Below are positions 25,751-39,500 of a stretch of 64,000 nucleotides of DNA, one piece after another. Numbering within the stretch: the first letter of the stretch is position 1; each line of letters opens with the position of its first letter. Location: positions 8,556,001 through 8,620,000 of the forward strand of contig OZ059900.1 in NCBI GenBank assembly GCA_964057225.1, given 5' to 3'. Source of the stretch: Auanema rhodensis (Eukaryota > Animalia > Nematoda). Both the position numbers and the translations under genes were made by a program. Below the pieces are notes generated by a model. It had not been told where the DNA came from, made no database searches, and saw nothing but the letters and a program-made list of their open reading frames with translations.

Positions 25751-28186
25751 CGTTGAATATATGGCGTTTTGAGCATAAAAAGGCCCATATTTCAATCAGT
25801 TTTGATATTCGTGCAAAATACACCTATATGAACATTCTTTGACAGTATTCCATACATTTAGTCGTTTTAGAAGAAAAAAATATGCTTAAGATCAAAAGTT
25901 TGACTGATTTTGCCAAAATGCCCTTCAATCCCCAAAAAACCAATAAATCTTGATATTTTCGGTCCTTTTTGACCAAAGTGGTTAAAATTGAACATATATA
26001 TGTAAAAATAGTCAAAGTTTATGAATCCTGAATTTCAAATCCATATCTCAAAGGGTCTGATCAAAACATACAGTTTTCACATGTTTTGTACCCAAAATCG
26101 TTGAATATATGGCGTTTTGAGCATAAAAAGGCCCATATTTCAATCAGTTTTGATATTCGTGCAAAATACACCTATATGAACATTCTTTGACAGTATTCCA
26201 TACATTTAGTCGTTTTAGAAGAAAAAAATATGCTTAAGATCAAAAGTTTGACTGATTTTGCCAAAATGCCCTTCAATCCCCAAAAAACCAATAAATCTTG
26301 ATATTTTCGGTCCTTTTTGACCAAAGTGGTTAAAATTGAACATATATATGTAAAAATAGTCAAAGTTTATGAATCCTGAATTTCAAATCCATATCTCAAA
26401 GGGTCTGATCAAAACATAGAGTTTTCACATGTTTTGTACCCAAAATCGTTGAATATATGGCGTTTTGAGCATAAAAAGGCCCATATTTCAATCAGTTTTG
26501 ATATTTGTGCAAAATAGACCTATATGAACATTCTATGACAGTATTTCATACATTTAGTCGTTTTAGAAGAAAAAAATATGCTTAAGATCAAAAGTTTGAC
26601 TGATTTTGCCAAAATGCCCTTCAATCCCCAAAAAACCAATAATTCTTGATATTTTCGGTCCTTTTTGACCAAAGTGGTTAAAATTGGACATATATATGTA
26701 AAAATAGTCAAAGTTTATGAATCCTGAATTTCAAATCCATATCTCAAAGGGTCTGATCAAAACATACAGTTTTCACATGTTTTGTACCCAAAATCGTTGA
26801 ATATATGGCGTTTTGAGCATAAAAAGGCCCATATTTCAATCAGTTTCGATATTCGTGCAAAATACACCTATATCAACATTCTATGACAGTATTCCATACA
26901 TTTAGTCGTTTTAGAAGAAAAAAATATGCTTAAGATCAAAAGTTTGACTGATTTAGCCAAAATGTCCTTCAAACCCCAAAAAACCAATAATTCTTGATAT
27001 TTTCGGTCCTTTTTGACCAAAGTGGTTAAAATTGAACATATATATGTAAAAATAGTCAAAGTTTATGAATCCTGAATTTCAAATCCATATCTCAAAGGGT
27101 CTGATCAAAACATACAGTTTTCACATGTTTTGTACCCAAAATCGTTGAATATATGGCGTTTTGAGCATAAAAAGGCCCATATTTCAATCAGTTTTGATAT
27201 TCGTGCAAAATACACCTATATGAACATTCTTTGACAGTATTCCATACATTTAGTCGTTTTAGAAGAAAAAAATATGCTTAAGATCAAAAGTTTGACTGAT
27301 TTTGCCAAAATGCCCTTCAATCCCCAAAAAACCAATAAATCTTGATATTTTCGGTCCTTTTTGACCAAAGTGGTTAAAATTGAACATATATATGTAAAAA
27401 TAGTCAAAGTTTATGAATCCTGAATTTCAAATCCATATCTCAAAGGGTCTGATCAAAACATAGAGTTTTCACATGTTTTGTACCCAAAATCGTTGAATAT
27501 ATGGCGTTTTGAGCATAAAAAGGCCCATATTTCAATCAGTTTTGATATTTGTGCAAAATAGACCTATATGAACATTCTATGACAGTATTTCATACATTTA
27601 GTCGTTTTAGAAGAAAAAAATATGCTTAAGATCAAAAGTTTGACTGATTTTGCCAAAATGCCCTTCAATCCCCAAAAAACCAATAATTCTTGATATTTTC
27701 GGTCCTTTTTGACCAAAGTGGTTAAAATTGAACATATATATGTAAAAATAGTCAAAGTTTATGAATCCTGAATTTCAAATCCATATCTCAAAGGGTCTGA
27801 TCAAAACATACAGTTTTCACATGTTTTGTACCCAAAATCGTTGAATATATGGCGTTTTGAGCATAAAAAGGCCCATATTTCAATCAGTTTCGATATTCGT
27901 GCAAAATACACCTATATCAACATTCTATGACAGTATTCCATACATTTAGTCGTTTTAGAAGAAAAAAATATGCTTAAGATCAAAAGTTTGACTGATTTAG
28001 CCAAAATGTCCTTCAAACCCCAAAAAACCAATAATTCTTGATATTTTCGGTCCTTTTTGACCAAAGTGGTTAAAATTGAACATATATATGTAAAAATAGT
28101 CAAAGTTTATGAATCCTGAATTTCAAATCCATATCTCAAAGGGTCTGATCAAAACATACAGTTTTCACATGTTTTGTACCCAAAAT
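25751..28186. repeat. Monomer duplication (M75/M76) plus 3-monomer duplication (M76-78 / M79-81)
   Basis: The AATAAATCTTG variant is found only in M75, M76 and M79. The monomer types that follow repeat at 1044 bp. Confidence 0.75.
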
Positions 28187-31100
28187 CGTTGAATATATGG
28201 CGTTTTGAGCATAAAAAGGCCCATATTTCAATCAGTTTTGATATTTGTGCAAAATACACCTATATGAACATTCTATGACAGTATTTCATACATTTAGTCG
28301 TTTTAGAAGAAAAAAATATGCTTAAGATCAGAAGTTTGACTGATTTTGCCAAAATGCCCTTCAATCCCCAAAAAACCAATAATTCTTGATATTTTCGGTC
28401 CTTTTTGACCAAAGTGGTTAAAATTGGACATAAATATGTGAAAATAGTCAAAGTTTATGAATCCTGAATTTCAAATCCATATCTCAAAGGGTCTGATCAA
28501 AACATACAGTTTTCACATGTTTTGTACCCAAAATCGTTGAATATATGGCGTTTTGAGCATAAAAAGGCCCATATTTCAATCAGTTTTGATATTCGTGCAA
28601 AATACACCTATATGAACATTCTATGACAGTATTTCATACATTTAGTCGTTTTAGAAGAAAAAAATATGCTTAAGATCAAAAGTTTGACTGATTTTGCCAA
28701 AATGCCCTTCAATCCCCAAAAAACCAATAATTCTTGATATTTTCGGTCCTTTTTGACCAAAGTGGTTAAAATTGGACAAAAATATGTAAAAATAGTCAAA
28801 GTTTATGAATCCTGAATTTCAAATCCATATCTCAAAGGGTCTGATCAAAACATACAGTTTTCACAAGTTTTGTACCCAGAATCGTTGAATATATGGCGTT
28901 TAGAGCATAAAAAGGCCCATATTTCAATCAGTTTCGATATTCGTGCAAAATACACCTATATCAACATTCTATGACAGTATTCCATACATTTAGTCGTTTT
29001 AGAAGAAAAAAATATGCTTAAGATCAAAAGTTTGACTGATTTTGCCAAAATGCCCTTCAATCCCCAAAAAACCAATAATTCTTGATATTTTCGGTCCTTT
29101 TTGACCAAAGTGGTTAAAATTGAACATATATATGTAAAAATAGTCAAAGTTTATGAATCCTGAATTTCAAATCCATATCTCAAAGGGTCTGATCAAAACA
29201 TACAGTTTTCACATGTTTTGTACCCAAAATCGTTGAATATATGGCGTTTTGAGCATAAAAAGGCCCATATTTCAATCAGTTTTGATATTTGTGCAAAATA
29301 GACCTATATGAACATTCTATGACAGTATTTCATACATTTAGTCGTTTTAGAAGAAAAAAATATGCTTAAGATCAAAAGTTTGACTGAATTTGCCAAAATG
29401 CCCTTCAATCCCCAAAAAACCAATAATTCTTGATATTTTCAGTCCTTTTTGACCAAAGTGGTTAAAATTGGACATAAATATGTAAAAATAGTCAAAGTTT
29501 ATGAATCCTGAATTTCAAATCCATATCTCAAAGGGTCTGATCAAAACATACAGTTTTCACATGTTTTGTACCCAAAATCGTTGAATATATGGCGTTTTGA
29601 GCATAAAAAGGCCCATATTTCAATCAGTTTCGATATTCGTGCAAAATACACCTATATCAACATTCTATGACAGTATTCCATACATTTAGTCGTTTTAGAA
29701 GAAAAAAATATGCTTAAGATCAAAAGTTTGACTGATTTAGCCAAAATGTCCTTCAAATCCCAAAAAACCAATAATTCTTGATATTTTCGGTCCTTTTTGA
29801 CCAAAGTGGTTAAAATTGAACATATATATGTAAAAATAGTCAAAGTTTATGAATCCTGAATTTCAAATCCATATCTCAAAGGGTCTGATCAAAACATACA
29901 GTTTTCACATGTTTTGTACCCAAAATCGTTGAATATATGGCGTTTTGAGCATAAAAAGGCCCATATTTCAATCAGTTTTGATATTTGTGCAAAATACACC
30001 TATATGAACATTCTATGACAGTATTTCATACATTTAGTCGTTTTAGAAGAAAAAAATATGCTTAAGATCAGAAGTTTGACTGATTTTGCCAAAATGCCCT
30101 TCAATCCCCAAAAAACCAATAATTCTTGATATTTTCGGTCCTTTCTGACCAAAGTGGTTAAAATTGGACATAAATATGTGAAAATAGTCAAAGTTTATGA
30201 ATCCTGAATTTCAAATCCATATCTCAAAGGGTCTGATCAAAACATACAGTTTTCACATGTTTTGTACCCAAAATCGTTGAATATATGGCGTTTTGAGCAT
30301 AAAAAGGCCCATATTTCAATCAGTTTTGATATTCGTGCAAAATACACCTATATGAACATTCTATGACAGTATTTCATACATTTAGTCGTTTTAGAAGAAA
30401 AAAATATGCTTAAGATCAAAAGTTTGACTGATTTTGCCAAAATGCCCTTCAATCCCCAAAAAACCAATAATTCTTGATATTTTCGGTCCTTTTTGACCAA
30501 AGTGGTTAAAATTGGACAAAAATATGTAAAAATAGTCAAAGTTTATGAATCCTGAATTTCAAATCCATATCTCAAAGGGTCTGATCAAAACATACAGTTT
30601 TCACAAGTTTTGTACCCAGAATCGTTGAATATATGGCGTTTAGAGCATAAAAAGGCCCATATTTCAATCAGTTTCGATATTCGTGCAAAATACACCTATA
30701 TCAACATTCTATGACAGTATTCCATACATTTAGTCGTTTTAGAAGAAAAAAATATGCTTAAGATCAAAAGTTTGACTGATTTTGCCAAAATGCCCTTCAA
30801 TCCCCAAAAAACCAATAATTCTTGATATTTTCGGTCCTTTTTGACCAAAGTGGTTAAAATTGAACATATATATGTAAAAATAGTCAAAGTTTATGAATCC
30901 TGAATTTCAAATCCATATCTCAAAGGGTCTGATCAAAACATACAGTTTTCACATGTTTTGTACCCAAAATCGTTGAATATATGGCGTTTTGAGCATAAAA
31001 AGGCCCATATTTCAATCAGTTTTGATATTTGTGCAAAATAGACCTATATGAACATTCTATGACAGTATTTCATACATTTAGTCGTTTTAGAAGAAAAAAA

Positions 31101-31318
31101 TATGCTTAAGATCAAAAGTTTGACTGAATTTGCCAAAATGCCCTTCAATCCCCAAAAAACCAATAATTCTTGATATTTTCAGTCCTTTTTGACCAAAGTG
31201 GTTAAAATTGGACATAAATATGTAAAAATAGTCAAAGTTTATGAATCCTGAATTTCAAATCCATATCTCAAAGGGTCTGATCAAAACATACAGTTTTCAC
31301 ATGTTTTGTACCCAAAAT
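27839..31318. repeat. Local higher-order repeat: 5-monomer unit (1740 bp) x2, M81-85 / M86-90
   Basis: GACAAAAAT, TCACAAG (28866/30606), CCCAGAAT (28879/30619), TTTAGAGC and GAATTTG+TTCAGTCC all recur at 1740 bp. Confidence 0.88.
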
Positions 31319-34300
31319 CGTTGAATATATGGCGTTTTGAGCATAAAAAGGCCCATATTTCAATCAGTTTGGATATTTGTGCAAAATACACCTATATGAA
31401 CATTCTATGACAGTCTTCCATACATTTAGTCGTTTTAGAAGAAAAAAATATGCTTAAGATCAAAAGTTTGACTGATTTTGCCAAAATGCCCTTCAATCCC
31501 CAAAAAACCAATAATTCTTGATATTTTCGGTCCTTCTTGACCAAAGTGGTTAAAATTGGACATAAATATGTAAAAATAGTCAAAGTTTATGAATCCTGAA
31601 TTTCAAATCCATATCTCAAAGGGTCTGATCAAAACATACAGTTTTCACATGTTTTGTACCCAAAATCGTTGAATATATGGCGTTTTGAGCATAAAAAGGC
31701 CCATATTTCAATCAGTTTCGATATTCGTGCAAAATACACCTATATCAACATTCTATGACAGTATTCCATACATTTAGTCGTTTTAGAAGAAAAAAATATG
31801 CTTAAGATCAAAAGTTTGACTGATTTTGCCAAAATGCCCTTCAATCCCCAAAAAACCAATAATTCTTGATATTTTCGGTCCTTCTTGACCAAAGTGGTTA
31901 AAATTGGACATAAATATGTAAAAATAGTCAAAGTTTATGAATCCTGAATTTCAAATCCATATCTCAAAGGGTCTGATCAAAACATACAGTTTTCACATGT
32001 TTTGTACCCAAAATCGTTGAATATATGGCGTTTTGAGCATAAAAAGGCCCATATTTCAATCAGTTTTGATATTCGTGCAAAATACACCTATATGAACATT
32101 CTTTGACAGTATTTCATACATTTAGTCGTTTTAGAAGAAAAAAATATGCTTAAGATCAAAAGTTTGACTGATTTTGCCAAAATGCCCTTCAAACCCCAAA
32201 AAACCAATAATTCTTGATATTTTCGGTCCTTTTTGACCAAAGTGGTTAAAATTGGACATATATATGTAGAAATAGTCGAAGTTTATGAATCCTGAATTTC
32301 AAATCCATATCTCAAAGGGTCTGATCAAAACATACAGTTTTCATATGTTTTGTACCCAAAATCGTTGAATATATGGCGTTTTGAGCATAAAAAGGCCCAT
32401 ATTTCAATCAGTTTTGGTATTCGTGCGAAATACACCTATATGAACATTCTATGACAATATTTCATACATTTAGTCGTTTTAGAAGAAAAAAATATGCTTA
32501 AGATCAAAAGTTTGACTGATTTTGCCAAAATGCCCTTCAATCCCCAAAAAACCAATAATTCTTGATATTTTCGGTCCTTTTTGACCAAAGTGGTTAAAAT
32601 TGAACATATATATGTAAAAATAGTCAAAGTTTATGAATCCTGAATTTCAAATCCATATCTCAAAGGGTCTGATCAAAACATACAGTTTTCACATGTTTTG
32701 TACCCAAAATCGTTGAATATATGGCGTTTTGAGCATAAAAAGGCCCATATTTCAATCAGTTTTGATATTCGTGCAAAATACACCTATATGAACATTCTAT
32801 GACAGTATTTCATACATTTAGTCGTTTTAGAAGAAAAAAATATGCTTAAGATCAAAAGTTTGACTGATTTTGCCAAAATGTCCTTCAAACCCCAAAAAAG
32901 CAATAATTCTTGATATTTTCGGTCCTTTTTGACCAAAGTGGTTAAAATTGAACATATATATGTGAAAATAGTCAAAGTTTATGAATCCTGAATTTCAAAT
33001 CCATATCTCAAAGGGTCTGATCAAAACATACAGTTTTCACATGTTTTGTACCCAAAATCGTTGAATATATGGCGTTTTGAGCATAAAAAGGCCCATATTT
33101 CAATCAGTTTTGATATTCGTGCAAAATACTTCTATATGAACATTCTATGACAGTATTTCATACATTTAGTCGTTTTAGAAGAAAAAAATATGCTTAAGAT
33201 CAAAAGTTTGACTGATTTTGCCAAAATGCCCTTCAATCCCCAAAAAACCAATAATTCTTGATATTTTCGGTCCTTTTTGACCAAAGTGGTTAAAATTGGA
33301 CATATATATGTAAAAATAGTCAAAGTTTATGAATCCTGAATTTCAAATCCATATCTCAAAGGGTCTGATCAAAACATACAGTTTTCACATGTTTTGTACC
33401 CAAAATCGTTGAATATATGGCGTTTTGAGCATAAAAAGGCCCATATTTCAATCAGTTTGGATATTTGTGCAAAATACACCTATATGAACATTCTATGACA
33501 GTCTTTCATACATTTAGTCGTTTTAGAAGAAAAAAATATGCTTAAGATCAAAAGTTTGACTGATTTTGCCAAAATGCCCTTCAATCCCCAAAAAACCAAT
33601 AATTCTTGATATTTTCGGTCCTTTTTGACCAAAGTGGTTAAAATTGGACATATATATGTAAAAATAGTCAAAGTTTATGAATCCTGAATTTCAAATCCAT
33701 ATCTCAAAGGGTCTGATCAAAACATACAGTTTTCACATGTTTTGTACCCAAAATCGTTGAATATATGGCGTTTTGAGCATAAAAAGGCCCATATTTCAAT
33801 CAGTTTTGATATTTGTGCAAAATAGACCTATATGAACATTCTATGACAGTATTTCATACATTTAGTCGTTTTAGAAGAAAAAAATATGCTTAAGATCAAA
33901 AGTTTGACTGATTTTGCCAAAATGTCCTTCAAACCCCAAAAAACCAATAATTCTTGATATTTTCGGTCCTTTTTGACCAAAGTGGTTAAAATTGAACATA
34001 TATATGTGAAAATAGTCAAAGTTTATGAATCCTGAATTTCAAATCCATATCTCAAAGAGTCTGATCAAAACATACAGTTTTCACATGTTTTGTACCCAAA
34101 ATCGTTGAATATATGGCGTTTTGAGCATAAAAAGGCCCATATTTCAATCAGTTTTGATATTCGTGCAAAATACTTCTATATGAACATTCTATGACAGTAT
34201 TTCATACATTTAGTCGTTTTAGAAGAAAAAAATGTGCTTAAGATCAAAAGTTTGACTGATTTTGCCAAAATGCCCTTCAATCCCCAAAAAACCAATAATT

Positions 34301-36538
34301 CTTGATATTTTCGGTCCTTTTTGACCAAAGTGGTTAAAATTGGACATATATATGTAAAAATAGTCAAAGTTCATGAATCCTGAATTTCAAATCCATATCT
34401 CAAAGGGTCTGATCAAAACATACAGTTTTCACATGTTTTGTACCCAAAATCGTTGAATATATGGCGTTTTGAGCATAAAAAGGCCCATATTTCAATCAGT
34501 TTGGATATTTGTGCAAAATACACCTATATGAACATTCTATGACAGTCTTCCATACATTTAGTCGTTTTAGAAGAAAAAAATATGCTTAAGATCAAAAGTT
34601 TGACTGATTTTGCCAAAATGCCCTTCAATCCCCAAAAAAACAATAATTCTTGATATTTTCGGTCCTTTTTGACCAAAGTGGTTAAAATTGGACATATATA
34701 TGTAAAAATAGTCAAAGTTTATGAATCCTGAATTTCAAATCCATATCTCAAAGGGTCTGATCAAAACATACAGTTTTCACATGTTTTGTACCCAAAATCG
34801 TTGAATATATGGCGTTTTGAGCATAAAAAGGCCCATATTTCAATCAGTTTCGATATTCGTGCAAAATACACCTATATCAACATTCTATGACAGTATTCCA
34901 TACATTTAGTCGTTTTAGAAGAAAAAAATATGCTTAAGATCAAAAGTTTGACTGATTTTGCCAAAATGCCCTTCAATCCCCAAAAAACCAATAATTCTTG
35001 ATATTTTCGGTCCTTTTTGACCAAAGTGGTTAAAATTGAACATATATATGTAAAAATAGTCAAAGTTTATGAAGCCTGAATTTCAAATCCATATCTCAAA
35101 GGGTCTGATCAAAACATACAGTTTTCACATGTTTTGTACCCAAAATCGTTGAATATATGGCGTTTTGAGCATAAAAAGGCCCATATTTCAATCAGTTTTG
35201 ATATTTGTGCAAAATAGACCTATATGAACATTCTATGACAGTATTTCATACATTTAGTCGTTTTAGAAGAAAAAAATATGCTTAAGATCAAAAGTTTGAC
35301 TGATTTTGCCAAAATGCCCTTCAATCCCCAAAAAACCAATAATTCTTGATATTTTCGGTCCTTTTTGACCAAAGTGGTTAAAATTGGACATATATATGTA
35401 AAAATAGTCAAAGTTTATGAATCCTGAATTTCAAATCCATATCTCAAAGGGTCTGATCAAAACATACAGTTTTCACATGTTTTGTACCCAAAATCGTTGA
35501 ATATATGGCGTTTTGAGCATAAAAAGGCCCATATTTCAATCAGTTTCGATATTCGTGCAAAATACACCTATATCAACATTCTATGACAGTATTTCATACA
35601 TTTAGTCGTTTTAGAAGAAAAAAATATGCTTAAGATCAAAAGTTTGACTGATTTTGCCAAAATGCCCTTCAATCCCCAAAAAACCAATAATTCTTGATAT
35701 TTTCGGTCCTTTTTGACCAAAGTGGTTAAAATTGAACATATATATGTAAAAATAGTCAAAGTTTATGAATCCTGAATTTCAAATCCATATCTCAAAGGGT
35801 CTGATCAAAACATACAGTTTTCACATGTTTTGTACCCAAAATCGTTGAATATATGGCGTTTTGAGCATAAAAAGGCCCATATTTCAATCAGTTTTGATAT
35901 TTGTGCAAAATACACCTATATGAACATTCTATGACAGTATTTCATACATTTAGTCGTTTTAGAAGAAAAAAATATGCTTACGATCAAAAGTTTGACTGAT
36001 TTTGCCAAAATGCCCTTCAATCCCCAAAAAACCAATAATTCTTGATATTTTCGGTCCTTTTTGACCAAAGTGGTTAAAATTGGACATAAATATGTAAAAA
36101 TAGTCAAAGTTTATGAATCCTGAATTTCAAATCCATATCTCAAAGGGTCTGATCAAAACATACAGTTTTCACATGTTTTGTACCCAAAATCGTTGAATAT
36201 ATGGCGTTTTGAGCATAAAAAGGCCCATATTTCAATCAGTTTTGATATTCGTGCAAAATACACCTATATGAACATTCTTTGACAGTATTTCATACATTTA
36301 GTCGTTTTAGAAGAAAAAAATATGCTTAAGATCAAAAGTTTGACTGATTTTGCCAAAATGCCCTTCAAACCCCAAAAAACCAATAATTCTTGATATTTTC
36401 GGTCCTTTTTGACCAAAGTGGTTAAAATTGGACATATATATGTAGAAATAGTCGAAGTTTATGAATCCTGAATTTCAAATCCATATCTCAAAGGGTCTGA
36501 TCAAAACATACAGTTTTCACATGTTTTGTACCCAAAAT

Positions 36539-39500
36539 CGTTGAATATATGGCGTTTTGAGCATAAAAAGGCCCATATTTCAATCAGTTTTGATATTCGT
36601 GCAAAATACACCTATATGAACATTCTTTGACAGTATTTCATACATTTAGTCGTTTTAGAAGAAAAAAATATGCTTAAGATCAAAAGTTTGACTGATTTTG
36701 CCAAAATGCCCTTCAAACCCCAAAAAACCAATAATTCTTGATATTTTCGGTCCTTTTTGACCAAAGTGGTTAAAATTGGACATATATATGTGAAAATAGT
36801 CAAAGTTTATGAATCCTGAATTTCAAATCTATATCTCAAAGGGTCTGATCAAAACATAGAGTTTTCACATGTTTTGTACCCAAAATCGTTGAATATATGG
36901 CGTTTTGAGCATAAAAAGGCCCATATTTCAATCAGTTTCGATATTCGTGCAAAATACACCTATATCAACATTCTATGACAGTATTTCATACATTTAGTCG
37001 TTTTAGAAGAAAAAAATATGCTTAAGATCAAAAGTTTGACTGATTTTGCCAAAATGCCCTTCAATCCCCAAAAAACCAATAATTCTTGATATTTTCGGTC
37101 CTTTTTGACCAAAGTGGTTAAAATTGAACATATATATGTAAAAATAGTCAAAGTTTATGAATCCTGAATTTCAAATCCATATCTCAAAGGGTCTGATCAA
37201 AACATACAGTTTTCACATGTTTTGTACCCAAAATCTTTGAATATATGGCGTTTTGAGCATAAAAAGGCCCATATTTCAATCAGTTTTGATATTCGTGCAA
37301 AATACACCTATATGAACATTCTATGACAGTATTTCATACATTTAGTCGTTTTAGAAGAAAAAAATATGCTTAAGATCAAAAGTTTGACTGATTTTGCCAA
37401 AATGTCCTTCAAACCCCAAAAAACCAATAATTCTTGATATTTTCGGTCCTTTTTGACCAAAGTGGTTAAAATTGAACATATATATGTGAAAATAGTCAAA
37501 GTTTATGAATCCTGAATTTCAAATCCATATCTCAAAGGGTCTGATCAAAACATACAGTTTTCACATGTTTTGTACCCAAAATCGTTGAATATATGGCGTT
37601 TTGAGCATAAAAAGGCCCATATTTCAATCAGTTTTGATATTCGTGCAAAATACTTCTATATGAACATTCTATGACAGTATTTCATACATTTAGTCGTTTT
37701 AGAAGGAAAAAATATGCTTAAGATCAAAAGTTTGACTGATTTTGCCAAAATGCCCTTCAATCCCCAAAAAACCAATAATTCTTGATATTTTCGGTCCTTT
37801 TTGACCAAAGTGGTTAAAATTGGACATATATATGTAAAAATAGTCAAAGTTTATGAATCCTGAATTTCAAATCCATATCTCAAAGGGTCTGATCAAAACA
37901 TACAGTTTTCACATGTTTTGTACCCAAAATCGTTGAATATATGGCGTTTTGAGCATAAAAAGGCCCATATTTCAATCAGTTTCGATATTCGTGCAAAATA
38001 CACCTATATCAACATTCTATGACAGTATTCCATACATTTAGTCGTTTTAGAAGAAAAAAATATGCTTAAGATCAAAAGTTTGACTGATTTTGCCAAAATG
38101 CCCTTCAATCCCCAAAAAACCAATAATTCTTGATATTTTCGGTCCTTTTTGACCAAAGTGGTTAAAATTGAACATATATATGTAAAAATAGTCAAAGTTT
38201 ATGAATCCTGAATTTCAAATCCATATCTCAAAGGGTCTGATCAAAACATACAGTTTTCACATGTTTTGTACCCAAAATCGTTGAATATATGGCGTTTTGA
38301 GCATAAAAAGGCCCATATTTCAATCAGTTTTGATATTTGTGCAAAATAGACCTATATGAACATTCTATGACAGTATTTCATACATTTAGTCGTTTTAGAA
38401 GAAAAAAATATGCTTAAGATCAAAAGTTTGACTGATTTTGCCAAAATGCCCTTCAATCCCCAAAAAACCAATAATTCTTGATATTTTCGGTCCTTTTTGA
38501 CCAAAGTGGTTAAAATTGGACATATATATGTAAAAATAGTCAAAGTTTATGAATCCTGAATTTCAAATCCATATCTCAAAGGGTCTGATCAAAACATACA
38601 GTTTTCACATGTTTTGTACCCAAAATCGTTGAATATATGGCGTTTTGAGCATAAAAAGGCCCATATTTCAATCAGTTTCGATATTCGTGCAAAATACACC
38701 TATATCAACATTCTATGACAGTATTCCATACATTTAGTCGTTTTAGAAGAAAAAAATATGCTTAAGATCAAAAGTTTGACTGATTTTGCCAAAATGCCCT
38801 TCAATCCCCAAAAAACCAATAATTCTTGATATTTTCGGTCCTTTTTGACCAAAGTGGTTAAAATTGAACATATATATGTAAAAATAGTCAAAGTTTATGA
38901 ATCCTGAATTTCAAATCCATATCTCAAAGGGTCTGATCAAAACATACAGTTTTCACATGTTTTGTACCCAAAATCGTTGAATATATGGCGTTTTGAGCAT
39001 AAAAAGGCCCATATTTCAATCAGTTTTGATATTTGTGCAAAATAGACCTATATGAACATTCTATGACAGTATTTCATACATTTAGTCGTTTTAGAAGAAA
39101 AAAATATGCTTAAGATCAAAAGTTTGACTGATTTTGCCAAAATGCCCTTCAATCCCCAAAAAACCAATAATTCTTGATATTTTCGGTCCTTTTTGACCAA
39201 AGTGGTTAAAATTGGACATATATATGTAAAAATAGTCAAAGTTTATGAATCCTGAATTTCAAATCCATATCTCAAAGGGTCTGATCAAAACATACAGTTT
39301 TCACATGTTTTGTACCCAAAATCGTTGAATATATGGCGTTTTGAGCATAAAAAGGCCCATATTTCAATCAGTTTCGATATTCGTGCAAAATACACCTATA
39401 TCAACATTCTATGACAGTATTCCATACATTTAGTCGTTTTAGAAGAAAAAAATATGCTTAAGATCAAAAGTTTGACTGATTTAGCCAAAATGTCCTTCAA

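Larger units (their letters stand above)
19000..37800. repeat. Long-range duplication: about 18 monomers (about 19000-25300) repeated 36 monomers (12528 bp) downstream (about 31500-37800)
   Basis: Rare variants at offset 12528: TTCATATG (19816/32344), TTTTGGTATTCGTGCGAAA (19889/32417), AAAGCAAT, AAAACAAT (22112/34640), GAAGCC (22546/35074) and AGAAGGAAA (M73/M109). Confidence 0.9.
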
